Assembly: GCA_943788365.1 (NCBI GenBank)
Contig: CALSPZ010000001.1
Span: 678,263 to 742,262, forward strand
From: an uncultured SAR86 cluster bacterium
GTDB lineage: Bacteria > Pseudomonadota > Gammaproteobacteria > Magnimaribacterales > D2472
Length of the DNA stretch: 64,000 nt
Direction: 5' to 3'
Below, piece after piece: positions 31,618 through 41,613 of this stretch. Below the pieces are notes generated by a model. That model saw nothing but the letters and a program-made list of their open reading frames with translations. It searched no databases and was not told the origin of the DNA. The position numbers and the translations under genes are program-made. Each line of letters opens with the position of its first letter. Position 1 is the stretch's first letter.

Positions 31618-32526
31618 ATGAAAATTCATGCAAAAGGTTTCTCATCTGTATCAAAAGTTGGAAAAATTCTTGATGTGCATTTTTACTCAATTAAATCAGA
31701 AAGTTTTGATCTTCAGTTTGAGGTCAATGAGTCTTTAATTGAGAATAAGGTAGATTTAGTTTTGAATGATGATGATTTATCAAGCACAATTGAATCTGTT
31801 GAAGAAGCATACTTAAAACTGCACTTAATATCTCATAAATTATTCTTGCCAAACTCACTTAATCTTGATGGCCTGTTTGCAAGTTTGCCTAATGTTGCAT
31901 GGACAAATAAAGGCCCAATAGCAGCAGATGAAATAAATCAAGAGCTTTTAGACTCTCAACTTAAAAAGGAGCCTATACAATTAATATCATTGGATAAATT
32001 TCCTCCTTTAACAAACTATATTATTCCTAAAAATGTAAGGATAGCTGACACCAGCAGAGTGAGACTTGGCGCATATTTATCTGAAGGAACAACAGTGATG
32101 CATGAGGGATTTGTAAACTTCAATGCAGGGACTCTTGGAAATGCAATGATTGAGGGAAGGATTTCAGCAGGAGTAGTGGTTGGTAATAATTCAGACTTAG
32201 GTGGTGGATGTAGCACTATGGGAACTCTTTCTGGAGGCAATGATATCAAAATATCTATTGGTGAGAACTGTTTGCTTGGAGCTAACTCAGGATTAGGAAT
32301 ACCTTTGGGAAATAACTGTATAATTGAAGCAGGTCTATATGTTACATCTGGATCAAAAATTGAATTGCAAAATATAGAAGGTGATAAATTAGATGTGGTT
32401 AAAGGCTCTGACTTATCTCATGCAAATAATATACTTTTTATAAGACACTCTCTTAATGGCAAAATAATAGCAAAGCCAAATAAAAAAAGTATTGAATTAA
32501 ATAATAGCCTACATAAAAATGATTAA
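31618..32526 (+). CDS. dapD: 2,3,4,5-tetrahydropyridine-2,6-dicarboxylate N-succinyltransferase (long form)
   Basis: Left-handed beta-helix hexapeptide repeats (GTTVMHEGFVNFNAGTLGNAMIEGRISAGVVVGNNSDLGGG); position after glnD. Confidence 0.88.
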   Translation: MKIHAKGFSSVSKVGKILDVHFYSIKSESFDLQFEVNESLIENKVDLVLNDDDLSSTIESVEEAYLKLHLISHKLFLPNSLNLDGLFASLPNVAWTNKGPIAADEINQELLDSQLKKEPIQLISLDKFPPLTNYIIPKNVRIADTSRVRLGAYLSEGTTVMHEGFVNFNAGTLGNAMIEGRISAGVVVGNNSDLGGGCSTMGTLSGGNDIKISIGENCLLGANSGLGIPLGNNCIIEAGLYVTSGSKIELQNIEGDKLDVVKGSDLSHANNILFIRHSLNGKIIAKPNKKSIELNNSLHKND

Positions 32527-33637
32527 TTTCTTACAAAAACTCATACAAATTGAATCTATATCTCCAAAAGATATGGGGTGTTTTGACTTGATAGAGGAGC
32601 GATTAAATAAGCTTAACTTTAATTGCGAAAGAATTAACTATTTAAATGTTGAAAATTTATATGCTACCTATGGAGAAACTGGAAAACTGTTTTGCTTTTT
32701 GGGTCATACCGATGTTGTTCCAACTGGGCCATTAGAAAATTGGACATATCCACCCTTCTCTGCGCATATTGAAGATGGAATGATGTATGGAAGGGGCACT
32801 GCAGATATGAAAGGGTCGATTGCAGCTTTTCTTGATAGTGTTGAAGAATTCCTTAAAGAAACTAAAGAGCCTAATTATAGAATCTCTATATTGCTAACAA
32901 GTAATGAAGAAGGTAATGCTTGTGACGGCTTTATTGATAGAATTGTTGACGATATGATAGATAAAGCTGATGAAATAGATTATTGCTTAGTCGGCGAGCC
33001 AACATCGAATGAAAAATTGGGTGATAGTATTAGAGTTGGAAGAAGAGGTTCTTTAAGTGGCGAGCTAAGAGTCAAAGGTAAGCAAGGACATATTGCATAT
33101 CCTGAAAATGTGAAAAATCCAATATTTTTATCAAGCGATCTTATTGTTAAATTAAAAAATAAAGTTTGGGATAATGGCAACGCCATTTTCCAACCAACAA
33201 GCTTTCAAATATCAAATATTGCATCAGGAACAGGAGCTAAAAATGTAGTGCCTGGCCATCTAGATATGGTCTTTAATTTTAGATTTTCAACTGAATCAAC
33301 AGAAAGCTCACTAAGAGATGAGTTTGAATCAATACTGCAAAGCTTAGATCTGAACTATGATATTGATTGGTATTTAAGCGGACTTCCATACCTAACAACA
33401 GATAGCACCTTAAAAGATATTGTCGTTAATTCTATAAAAAAAGAAACTGGGATTGATGCGGATAAAAATGCAAAAGGTGGCACATCTGACGGTAGATTTA
33501 TTGCAAAAATGAACACTGAAATTATTGAGCTTGGGCCTTTAAATAAAACAATTCATCAAATTGATGAGTGCGTTAGCGTTAAAGACTTAGAGACTCTCAA
33601 GGCAATATATCTTGGTGTACTCAAAGAATTAAATTAA
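32519..33637 (+). CDS. dapE: succinyl-diaminopimelate desuccinylase
   Basis: M20 peptidase motifs (GHTDVVP, GRGTADMKG, SNEEG); 8-nt overlap with dapD. Confidence 0.92.
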   Translation: MINFLQKLIQIESISPKDMGCFDLIEERLNKLNFNCERINYLNVENLYATYGETGKLFCFLGHTDVVPTGPLENWTYPPFSAHIEDGMMYGRGTADMKGSIAAFLDSVEEFLKETKEPNYRISILLTSNEEGNACDGFIDRIVDDMIDKADEIDYCLVGEPTSNEKLGDSIRVGRRGSLSGELRVKGKQGHIAYPENVKNPIFLSSDLIVKLKNKVWDNGNAIFQPTSFQISNIASGTGAKNVVPGHLDMVFNFRFSTESTESSLRDEFESILQSLDLNYDIDWYLSGLPYLTTDSTLKDIVVNSIKKETGIDADKNAKGGTSDGRFIAKMNTEIIELGPLNKTIHQIDECVSVKDLETLKAIYLGVLKELN

Positions 33638-33662
33638 TTTACTTTTCTTTTAAAAAAATCTG

Positions 33663-35138
33663 TTAATTTATTCCGTGCATCCCTTTTTTGAGCAGCGGAG
33701 TTAATAGGGCTAAAGTAATTCCAACAGCTAGCGCTATTAAACCAACGCTTGTATACACATCAATAAATGCTGCTTTTTGATTCAATGAAAAGACAGCTTC
33801 TCCGCCTGATACTTCCTCGCTAGCTGTTGCTCTTGCAATCAAGCCAGCAACATAATTTCCAGCTGCAGAAGCGCAAAACCACATTCCCATCATCATGCCA
33901 ACTATTCTTTGTGGCGATAATTTAGTTACTGAAGATAGCCCCACTGGTGATAAGCATAACTCACCAATAGTATGCATAAGATAAATAAGCATAATCCAAA
34001 TAACTCCAGTTTGAATGCCGGCACTATTATTCATACCGTAAACAAGAACTAAAAAACCAAGTCCAACAAATATAATGCCTATTGCAAATTTTAAAGGCGT
34101 TGAGGGCTCAATATTTCTTTTTGAAAGTGCAAGCCACATAAATGCAAAAATTGGAGCAAGAGTGAATATAAAAAATGCATTTAATGATTGAAACATTGAA
34201 GCAGGAACGGCCCATCCAAATATTGTTCTATCCACACCTCTATCTGTAAGAATATTCAAAGATGAGCCAGCTTGTTCAAAAAGAGCCCAAAATATTAAAG
34301 AAAATAAAATTAGCACGCCCACAACCAGGAGCCTATCTCTTTCCTCTGCAGAACATTTAAAAAGAGCATAAAACAACCAGAATGCTACACATATTGCCCC
34401 AAACCCACCGAGAAGGTTTCCAACAATTTCTTGATTCTGAATAAGAAGATAAGAGAATATGACCATAGCTATACCACTAATATATGCCCAATTTTCATAT
34501 GATATTTTGAATTTAGTTTCCTTATAAAGTTCGCTTGTAGGTTCTGCATGACCTTCTAGATAATCTTGCCCCCATAAGAATATAGATAATCCAATTAACA
34601 TACCCACACCAGCTGCGCCAAAACCATATGACCAGCCATATGTTTCGCCAAGATACCCGCAAAGCAAGGAAGCTGTAAATGCACCTATATTTATGCCCAT
34701 ATAGAATATTGTAAATCCAGGGTCTCTTCTTGGATCACCTTCTTCATAGAGCGCACCGACCATTGTAGATATATTAGGTTTTAAAAAGCCTACTCCTGAA
34801 ATAATTAATGCTAATGATAAGTAAAATATTTGAACACTGCTTTCAAATGCCATACCGGTGTGACCTAAAACAAGCAATACGGCTCCAAAAGTTACAGCTT
34901 TACGAGAGCCTAAAATTCTATCAGCTAGCATCCCACCAAAGACAGGCATGATATACACCAAAGATGTATAGGCTCCATAAATAATATAACTTTGCGCATC
35001 TGAGAAATTCCAATGCTTTGTTAGATAAAGGATCAGTAATGCGCGCATTCCATAATAGGAAAAACGCTCCCACATTTCTGTTGCAAAGCAAACAAATAAA
35101 CCCTTTGGGTGGCCTAAAAATTCTGATGATGTATTCAT
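33663..35138 (-). CDS. proton-dependent oligopeptide transporter (POT/PTR2 family di-/tripeptide permease)
   Basis: ExxERFxYYG signature (TEMWERFSYYGMRALL) and about 14 hydrophobic segments. Confidence 0.88.
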   Translation of the reverse strand: MNTSSEFLGHPKGLFVCFATEMWERFSYYGMRALLILYLTKHWNFSDAQSYIIYGAYTSLVYIMPVFGGMLADRILGSRKAVTFGAVLLVLGHTGMAFESSVQIFYLSLALIISGVGFLKPNISTMVGALYEEGDPRRDPGFTIFYMGINIGAFTASLLCGYLGETYGWSYGFGAAGVGMLIGLSIFLWGQDYLEGHAEPTSELYKETKFKISYENWAYISGIAMVIFSYLLIQNQEIVGNLLGGFGAICVAFWLFYALFKCSAEERDRLLVVGVLILFSLIFWALFEQAGSSLNILTDRGVDRTIFGWAVPASMFQSLNAFFIFTLAPIFAFMWLALSKRNIEPSTPLKFAIGIIFVGLGFLVLVYGMNNSAGIQTGVIWIMLIYLMHTIGELCLSPVGLSSVTKLSPQRIVGMMMGMWFCASAAGNYVAGLIARATASEEVSGGEAVFSLNQKAAFIDVYTSVGLIALAVGITLALLTPLLKKGMHGIN

Positions 35139-35179
35139 AAATTATTTATTATTTTCAATGTTTTAAGTACTATAGCAAA

Positions 35180-35590
35180 ATGATTGAAAAAACACAGTTT
35201 GTATCGCCCGTTAAAAGAATAGCTGCAACTATTTATGATATTTTTTTGCTTTTAGGTGTCTGGTTTGGAGTTGGCTCCATAGCCTTATGGTTAAACAATA
35301 GTGAAATTCTTCATCCTGGAGTAGGTCTAAGTATTGTAATAATTAGTGCTTGGATATTTTATTCTTTCTTTTGGATGAGGGGTGGAAAGACCCTTGGTAT
35401 GGCTGTTTGGAATATAGAAATCTACTCTTTAAAAAGTAATAATATTACGTTTATGCAAGCTACGCTGAGATTTTATGTCAACTTATTAATATTTATCTTG
35501 ATGGGAGTCCCCCTACTTCAGATATATTTTTCAAAAGATAGGTTGGCTATAAATGACAGGATTTCTATGACTAGTTTAAGGTTAATTTAG
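35180..35590 (+). CDS. RDD family membrane protein
   Basis: 136 aa and 3 TM segments. RDD-like pattern (KRIAATIYDIFLL..., GKTLGMAVWNIEI). Confidence 0.7.
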   Translation: MIEKTQFVSPVKRIAATIYDIFLLLGVWFGVGSIALWLNNSEILHPGVGLSIVIISAWIFYSFFWMRGGKTLGMAVWNIEIYSLKSNNITFMQATLRFYVNLLIFILMGVPLLQIYFSKDRLAINDRISMTSLRLI

Positions 35591-36646
35591 CCTTCTATAC
35601 ATAATAAAGCTGGACATTAGCAGGATAAAAGCAGGAAGACATACACCTATCAATAAAAACATATTAAATGAGATAGCAATACTTATAGTAAGATCTTGGA
35701 TAATTTGATACACGAAAGCTCCAAGAACTGATATTACAATTTTGGATCCAGGCGATGAATCCCTCAAAGATCCAAATATAAAATAACCAAAAAATAATAT
35801 TAATATAATTATAGAAATTGGCATAAATAAAAATTTATAAAACTTTTTTTCAATGTGTGCTTTAAAAATTCTATCTTGCTTTCCAATATCTCCAGATAAT
35901 AACTGATTTAAATTATAGCTTTCTCTCATTGTAAGAGTTTCAATATCACGCAGGCTCTTTGAAATGATTATTGGAAAATTAAAATCTTTGCTAAGTGACC
36001 TATTGTTAGATGTTGATGATAAATTTTTATTTATAGTTAAAGAGGTTGAATTATCAAAATTTATTTCAGAATTTTTTATTTCAGCTGACAATGATGAGAG
36101 AGCTAGATTTATTTTGTTATCTTGAAGTTCAAAATACTGAACTCCAAAAATCTGATCTCCAATTTTTCTTTCAAAATTTAGAAACTTATTACCGTCAATC
36201 AACCAAACTGATTCTTCTTGGGCATTGTTAATGCTTGAAGTCATGATTGTTTTATTGATGACGGCTTTATTTCCAATATCTTTAAATATAAATTCACTGC
36301 CAAACATAAAAAAGAAAGCAATACTTAATGGTCCTATAGAGGTTAGAAGCACTATTTTTAATGGAGATATTCCACTAGATCTCAAAACATTTAAATTACC
36401 TTCTTCTTGAGACAATCCCATTGCAATCATGAAGCCCAATAGACATGAGCCCTCTATAAAAGCATAGGCTCTATCAGGAATAGATAATAAAGAAAAATTA
36501 AAGGCTTTTATGAAAGTGTAGGTTAAGGATAAATCTTCAAACTCCCCAATGAGATTGAATAAAAAATCTACAAAAATAAATAGCCCGAATACAAAACCAG
36601 TTATTACAAGTGATCTCTTGATAAGGTAATTGATATAGATGCTCAT
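35582..36646 (-). CDS. lptG: LPS export ABC transporter permease LptG
   Basis: YjgP/YjgQ-type topology (3 TM, periplasmic beta-jellyroll region, 3 TM). Second gene of a pair divergent from pepA, as in E. coli and Pseudomonas. Confidence 0.85.
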   Translation of the reverse strand: MSIYINYLIKRSLVITGFVFGLFIFVDFLFNLIGEFEDLSLTYTFIKAFNFSLLSIPDRAYAFIEGSCLLGFMIAMGLSQEEGNLNVLRSSGISPLKIVLLTSIGPLSIAFFFMFGSEFIFKDIGNKAVINKTIMTSSINNAQEESVWLIDGNKFLNFERKIGDQIFGVQYFELQDNKINLALSSLSAEIKNSEINFDNSTSLTINKNLSSTSNNRSLSKDFNFPIIISKSLRDIETLTMRESYNLNQLLSGDIGKQDRIFKAHIEKKFYKFLFMPISIIILILFFGYFIFGSLRDSSPGSKIVISVLGAFVYQIIQDLTISIAISFNMFLLIGVCLPAFILLMSSFIMYRRLN

Positions 36647-36647
36647 T

Positions 36648-37796
36648 TTAAAAAAAGGCCCACAAAATAAATAAAATTAAAATTGTTGCTAGAATTAATC
36701 TATAGAATAATTTTTTAGTAATTTCATTAAAAATTAAAATAAAAAATCTATCTCTTAAATACAATAAAATTGCAAAAAATATAAAAATTAAATGAATAAA
36801 AATTAAATTAAATTCTGTTTGGTTATTTTGAGCGATATGATCTCTGCCAAGCAATAAAAGACTTAAATACAATATATAAATAAGCATTCCAGGTAAGATT
36901 ACCGATAGCCTGCCCTGCCTTGGTTCTACTTTTCCTATATAGATTGCAATAACCATCAAAACTATAATTGTAATAGATAATGAAATGCTCCATTGAAATC
37001 CTAATGGGTCATCAATATTTATTGAGCTAAATATATTTTCAAAACTTGTTACAGCATCAGTTTGGTTATTAGCTAATGGAAATTTAAAATTTTTAAAACT
37101 TGAAATTATCTTTGGATCATCTGAGAAAATGCCTGCAGTTAATGATCCATCTTTAAACAAGAGCTCATAATCTAGCTGCGAGCTTGAAATGCTCAGTATA
37201 TCTGATGAAATTAAAATAGAATCTTTTCCGTCATCATTAAAAAAAATTACATTTTTTAAGTAGGCTTCATTATTCTCACTAACTGTTATAAAACTTTTAG
37301 ACCCTTTAATACTAAAGATTTCTCCCGGAGAAAGAGATGCTATTTGCTCTTCAAAAGTATCTACTTTTAAAAGCTCATTTGATACTTGCTTGCTAACTGG
37401 AGCTATGTAGAGGCTCAGAATAAGCGTAAAGACCATATAAATAATAGCTTGAGGGAAAATAAATTTTATTAATGTGATGGGTGAAATGCCAGTAGAAAAA
37501 TAAGCATATATTTCCCTGTCAGCATAAAGTCTACTAACGGTGATTAATATGCCAATAAAAAAAGAAAGTGGAAGAAGGAGAGATATAAAATCAGGAAACC
37601 TTAAAAATACTGCATATAAAATTATAGATGGATCAATCAGTCCCTCAGAAGCTTGCTCAAAATATGATACAAATCTTGATCCAACTACCAATAGAAATAA
37701 TATTATTAATATAGATGTGGTAGATTTAAAAACTTCCAAATTAAAACTTTTTGAAAGAATATTATTTTTAAACATGCCTTGAGAACTGTGATGCAT
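36648..37796 (-). CDS. lptF: LPS export ABC transporter permease LptF
   Basis: Same family and topology, adjacent to and divergent from pepA. Start may be the second ATG at 37775. Confidence 0.85.
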   Translation of the reverse strand: MHHSSQGMFKNNILSKSFNLEVFKSTTSILIILFLLVVGSRFVSYFEQASEGLIDPSIILYAVFLRFPDFISLLLPLSFFIGILITVSRLYADREIYAYFSTGISPITLIKFIFPQAIIYMVFTLILSLYIAPVSKQVSNELLKVDTFEEQIASLSPGEIFSIKGSKSFITVSENNEAYLKNVIFFNDDGKDSILISSDILSISSSQLDYELLFKDGSLTAGIFSDDPKIISSFKNFKFPLANNQTDAVTSFENIFSSINIDDPLGFQWSISLSITIIVLMVIAIYIGKVEPRQGRLSVILPGMLIYILYLSLLLLGRDHIAQNNQTEFNLIFIHLIFIFFAILLYLRDRFFILIFNEITKKLFYRLILATILILFILWAFF

Positions 37797-37842
37797 TACA
37801 ATAAATATCTTATCAGTAAATACTATAAATAGGAGAGCTTAA

Positions 37843-39357
37843 ATGCCATATAAAATCTTAAATAACATAGCGGTTAAAGATACTTCATCAGTTGATTTAA
37901 CTTCTGCCAAAACTTCACTTCTTGTTATTACAATTAATAAAGATACTTTAAAAGATGCAGCTTTTAAAGCCCTAGATAAAGCATCTAAGGGGTTTCTTAA
38001 GAATTCAATATCTTCTCATCTTAAAGATGAGGGCTCTTCGTTACTTCTTCCTAAGGTTAATGGCATTGAGGCGGAAAGTATTATGATGGTTAAGGCTTTG
38101 AATGCTGATGCTCCATTGCATAAATGGTTAGGCTCATTAAAATCTATAACCAAACAAGCAAATAAACTAAAAGCAAAAGATATTTCATTACTTTTAAGCT
38201 CTTCCTTGCCTGAAGGTAAAGATATTTTCTGGATGATAGAAAATTCTGCTAAAACTATTGAATCTAATGCCTACATCTTTACAGAAACAAAGAATAAGAC
38301 AGTGAAAAATCCTACGCTTAAAAAATTAGTTATATATGGTAATGACTTTTCTGGAGCCAACCTAAAGAAAGCTAAAGATTCTGCAAAAAAAGGTTTCGCA
38401 ATTGGTGAGGGAGTTAATACTGCTAAGTACCTTGGCGACCTTCCTGCAAATCATGCCACTCCAAAAATTATTGAAAAGAAAGTGAAAGCTATGACTAAAG
38501 ACTTTCCAAACTTAAAAGTGAAATCATTTAATGAAAAAGATTTAGCAAAAATGGGCATGGGATCATACCTAAGCGTTTCAAAAGGTAGTGATGAACCTCC
38601 AAGAATGATGGTTATAGAATACAAGGGTGGAAAAGCAACAGAAAAACCAATTGCGCTTGTAGGTAAAGGTATAACTTTTGATACTGGGGGCGTATCCTTA
38701 AAACCACCTCAAGGAATGGATGAGATGAAATGGGATATGTGCGGAGCAGCAACTGTTTTTGGAGTTATGTCCACATTAGCAAGGCTTAATGCAAAAGTGA
38801 ATGTTGTGGGTATTATGGCTTGTGCAGAAAATATGTGTTCTGCAAAAGCTACAAAACCAGGAGATGTAGTTACATCTATGTCAGGACAAACAATTGAAAT
38901 ACTTAATACTGATGCAGAAGGAAGATTGGTCTTGTGTGATGCTTTGACGTATGTTGGGAAATATAAACCAAAATATGTAATTGATATGGCAACTTTAACT
39001 GGTGCTGTTGTTGTTGCTCTTGGCAGACATGCAAGCGGAGTTATGGCAAATGATCAACATTTAGCCGATATGATAATTGCCTCTGGAGAAGAGTCAGGTG
39101 ATAGAGCTTGGCAATTACCTCTTTGGGATGAGCATCAGTCATGCACTAATACAAGCTATGCAGATCTTGCAAATATTGGTGGAGGTCGTGAAGCTGGAAC
39201 TATTCATGCCGCTGCGTTTTTATCTAAATTTACAACTGACTACAAATGGGCGCATATAGATATTGCAGCAACAGCATCTCATAGCACCCCTGTTAAGGAG
39301 GGAACTGGAAGACCTGTTCCGTTAATTAGTGAGCTTTTATTAAGTAAGAAACTATAA
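37843..39357 (+). CDS. pepA: leucyl aminopeptidase (M17)
   Basis: M17 signature NTDAEGRLVLCD, VGKGITFDTGG; good SD (AGGAGAG). Confidence 0.95.
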   Translation: MPYKILNNIAVKDTSSVDLTSAKTSLLVITINKDTLKDAAFKALDKASKGFLKNSISSHLKDEGSSLLLPKVNGIEAESIMMVKALNADAPLHKWLGSLKSITKQANKLKAKDISLLLSSSLPEGKDIFWMIENSAKTIESNAYIFTETKNKTVKNPTLKKLVIYGNDFSGANLKKAKDSAKKGFAIGEGVNTAKYLGDLPANHATPKIIEKKVKAMTKDFPNLKVKSFNEKDLAKMGMGSYLSVSKGSDEPPRMMVIEYKGGKATEKPIALVGKGITFDTGGVSLKPPQGMDEMKWDMCGAATVFGVMSTLARLNAKVNVVGIMACAENMCSAKATKPGDVVTSMSGQTIEILNTDAEGRLVLCDALTYVGKYKPKYVIDMATLTGAVVVALGRHASGVMANDQHLADMIIASGEESGDRAWQLPLWDEHQSCTNTSYADLANIGGGREAGTIHAAAFLSKFTTDYKWAHIDIAATASHSTPVKEGTGRPVPLISELLLSKKL

Positions 39358-39381
39358 AAAAAATCTTCGCAAAGCAGCATT

Positions 39382-41601
39382 ATGGATAAAAAGTATTACC
39401 CCATTGAAATAGAGGAAAAATGGGCAAAGATTTGGGCTAAAAGAGGCATTAATGATTCTAATGCAACTGAGTCCTTTGCTCAGGTAATACCACCGCCAAA
39501 TGTTACTGGAACACTTCATATGGGACATAGCTTCCAATATGCGATCATGGATTTTTATACAAGATATAACCATATGTCAGGTAAAGATTCTTACTGGCAA
39601 GTTGGCGCTGATCATGCAGGTATAGCTACCCAAATGGTTGTTGAAAACAATTTAGCAAGAGAAGATATCTCAAGAAAGGATCTTGGGAGAGAGAAGTTCC
39701 TTGATGAGACTTGGAAATGGAAAGAATTCTCTGAAGAAAAAATAACCTCTCAAATAAAAAGACTTGGCTGTTCAGTAGATTGGGATAAGTATCGATTCAC
39801 TCTAGATGATGGGTTTAATAAAGCAGTAATAAAAGCTTTTGTTGACCTTCATAGAAAAAACAAAATTTACAGAGGGTATAGACTAGTTAATTGGGATCCA
39901 TCACTAAAGACTGCTGTGTCTGATTTAGAGGTTGTCAGGCAAGAAAAGAAAGGCTTATTGTGGCATATAAAATATCCTATAGAAGGAACTGGTGAGTATG
40001 TTGAAATCGCTACCACAAGACCTGAGACTATGTTTGGAGATATGGCTATAGCAGTTAATCCAAATGATGAAAGGTACAAGCCTATTGTTGGTAAATATGT
40101 AAATTTGCCATTTGTAGGAAGAAGAATACCCATCATTGCAGATGAATATGTAGATATGGAATTCGGAACTGGGTGTCTTAAAATTACTCCAGGTCATGAT
40201 TTTAATGATTATGAAATTGGTAAGAAATATTCACTTTATGAGCTTAATGGCACAGTTCATACCTCCGATAAACAAGAGGATTTTTCTCCTATAAGTATAT
40301 TTAATGATGATGCTTGGAGTAATGAAAATGTCCCAGAACCATTCAGTAATCTTGATAGATTTAAAGTTAGAAAACTAGTCATTCAAGAACTGCAAAATAT
40401 TGGCTTATTGGTTAAAGAGGAGCCACATGATATTAGCGTCCCAAGAGGAGAAAGATCAAATATAGTTATAGAGCCTAGGTTGAGCTATCAATGGTATGTA
40501 AAGACATCTGAAATGGCTGCAAGGGCAAATGATGCAGTTAATAATGGAGACATAAAATTTCATCCAAGCAATTGGGATAAAACCTATTTCAATTGGATGA
40601 ATAACATTGAAGACTGGTGCATTAGCAGACAAATCTGGTGGGGGCATAGAATACCTGCTTGGTATGATAATGAAGGCAATGTTTATGTTGGTGAAGATGA
40701 GAATAATGTAAGGGAACAATACAATCTTGGAGATGTTGAGCTTAATCAAGATGAAGATGTTTTAGATACTTGGTTTTCATCAAGCTTATGGCCTTTTGCC
40801 TCTTTAGGATGGCCTGAAAAAACTGATGAATTTAAAAAGCATTTTCCAACCTCATTACTTGTTACTGGTTTTGATATTATTTTTTTCTGGGTAGCGAGAA
40901 TGATGATGATGAGTCTAGAATTCACTGATCAGATTCCTTTTAAAGATGTCTATGTGACTGGATTAATCAGAGATGAGAATGGCCAAAAAATGTCTAAGTC
41001 CAAAGGAAATGTTATTGATCCATTGGATTTAATTTATGGAATTTCTCAAGAAGATCTTGTTAAGAAAAGGACTAGCAATCTTATGCAAGAAAGCACGGCT
41101 GAAAAAATTGCTAAAAAAACAAGAAAGCAATTTCCTAATGGCATTAATTCCTATGGATCAGATGCATTAAGAATGACTTTTTACTCATTAGCTACGCATA
41201 CTAAAGACATTAGTTTTGAACTAGGAAGGCTAAAGGGTTATAGAAATTTTTGCACGAAAATTTGGAATGCGGCAAGGTTTATTAATGGCTATCCAGAAAG
41301 CAATGATGTCTTTAAGGCGGAGAATGATAATGATGCTTTGATATTAGAAGAGTTTAAAAAATCGAAGCTTAAAATTGCTCAAAATATTGCAGACTATAGG
41401 CTTGATTATGCTATTAATGAAATATATGAATTCTTCTGGAGCAAATTTTGCGATGTCTATATTGAAGAATGTAAAAAAAGTGGAGATACAAAAAATCTTA
41501 GGCCGCTTTTGAAAGAAATACTAGTTATGATGCACCCTTTCGCGCCTTTCATAACCGAAGAGATACATAGTTTATTATTTGATAGTACTATAATTAGGTG
41601 A
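39382..41601 (+). CDS. valS: valine--tRNA ligase, C-terminally short (739 aa)
   Basis: HIGH (GTLHMGHSF), editing-domain motifs (TTRPETMFGD, GTGCLKITPGHDFND) and KMSKS are present. The protein ends 14 residues after the conserved HPFAPFITEEI segment. Confidence 0.9.
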   Translation: MDKKYYPIEIEEKWAKIWAKRGINDSNATESFAQVIPPPNVTGTLHMGHSFQYAIMDFYTRYNHMSGKDSYWQVGADHAGIATQMVVENNLAREDISRKDLGREKFLDETWKWKEFSEEKITSQIKRLGCSVDWDKYRFTLDDGFNKAVIKAFVDLHRKNKIYRGYRLVNWDPSLKTAVSDLEVVRQEKKGLLWHIKYPIEGTGEYVEIATTRPETMFGDMAIAVNPNDERYKPIVGKYVNLPFVGRRIPIIADEYVDMEFGTGCLKITPGHDFNDYEIGKKYSLYELNGTVHTSDKQEDFSPISIFNDDAWSNENVPEPFSNLDRFKVRKLVIQELQNIGLLVKEEPHDISVPRGERSNIVIEPRLSYQWYVKTSEMAARANDAVNNGDIKFHPSNWDKTYFNWMNNIEDWCISRQIWWGHRIPAWYDNEGNVYVGEDENNVREQYNLGDVELNQDEDVLDTWFSSSLWPFASLGWPEKTDEFKKHFPTSLLVTGFDIIFFWVARMMMMSLEFTDQIPFKDVYVTGLIRDENGQKMSKSKGNVIDPLDLIYGISQEDLVKKRTSNLMQESTAEKIAKKTRKQFPNGINSYGSDALRMTFYSLATHTKDISFELGRLKGYRNFCTKIWNAARFINGYPESNDVFKAENDNDALILEEFKKSKLKIAQNIADYRLDYAINEIYEFFWSKFCDVYIEECKKSGDTKNLRPLLKEILVMMHPFAPFITEEIHSLLFDSTIIR

Positions 41602-41613
41602 GATAAAGCTCCT

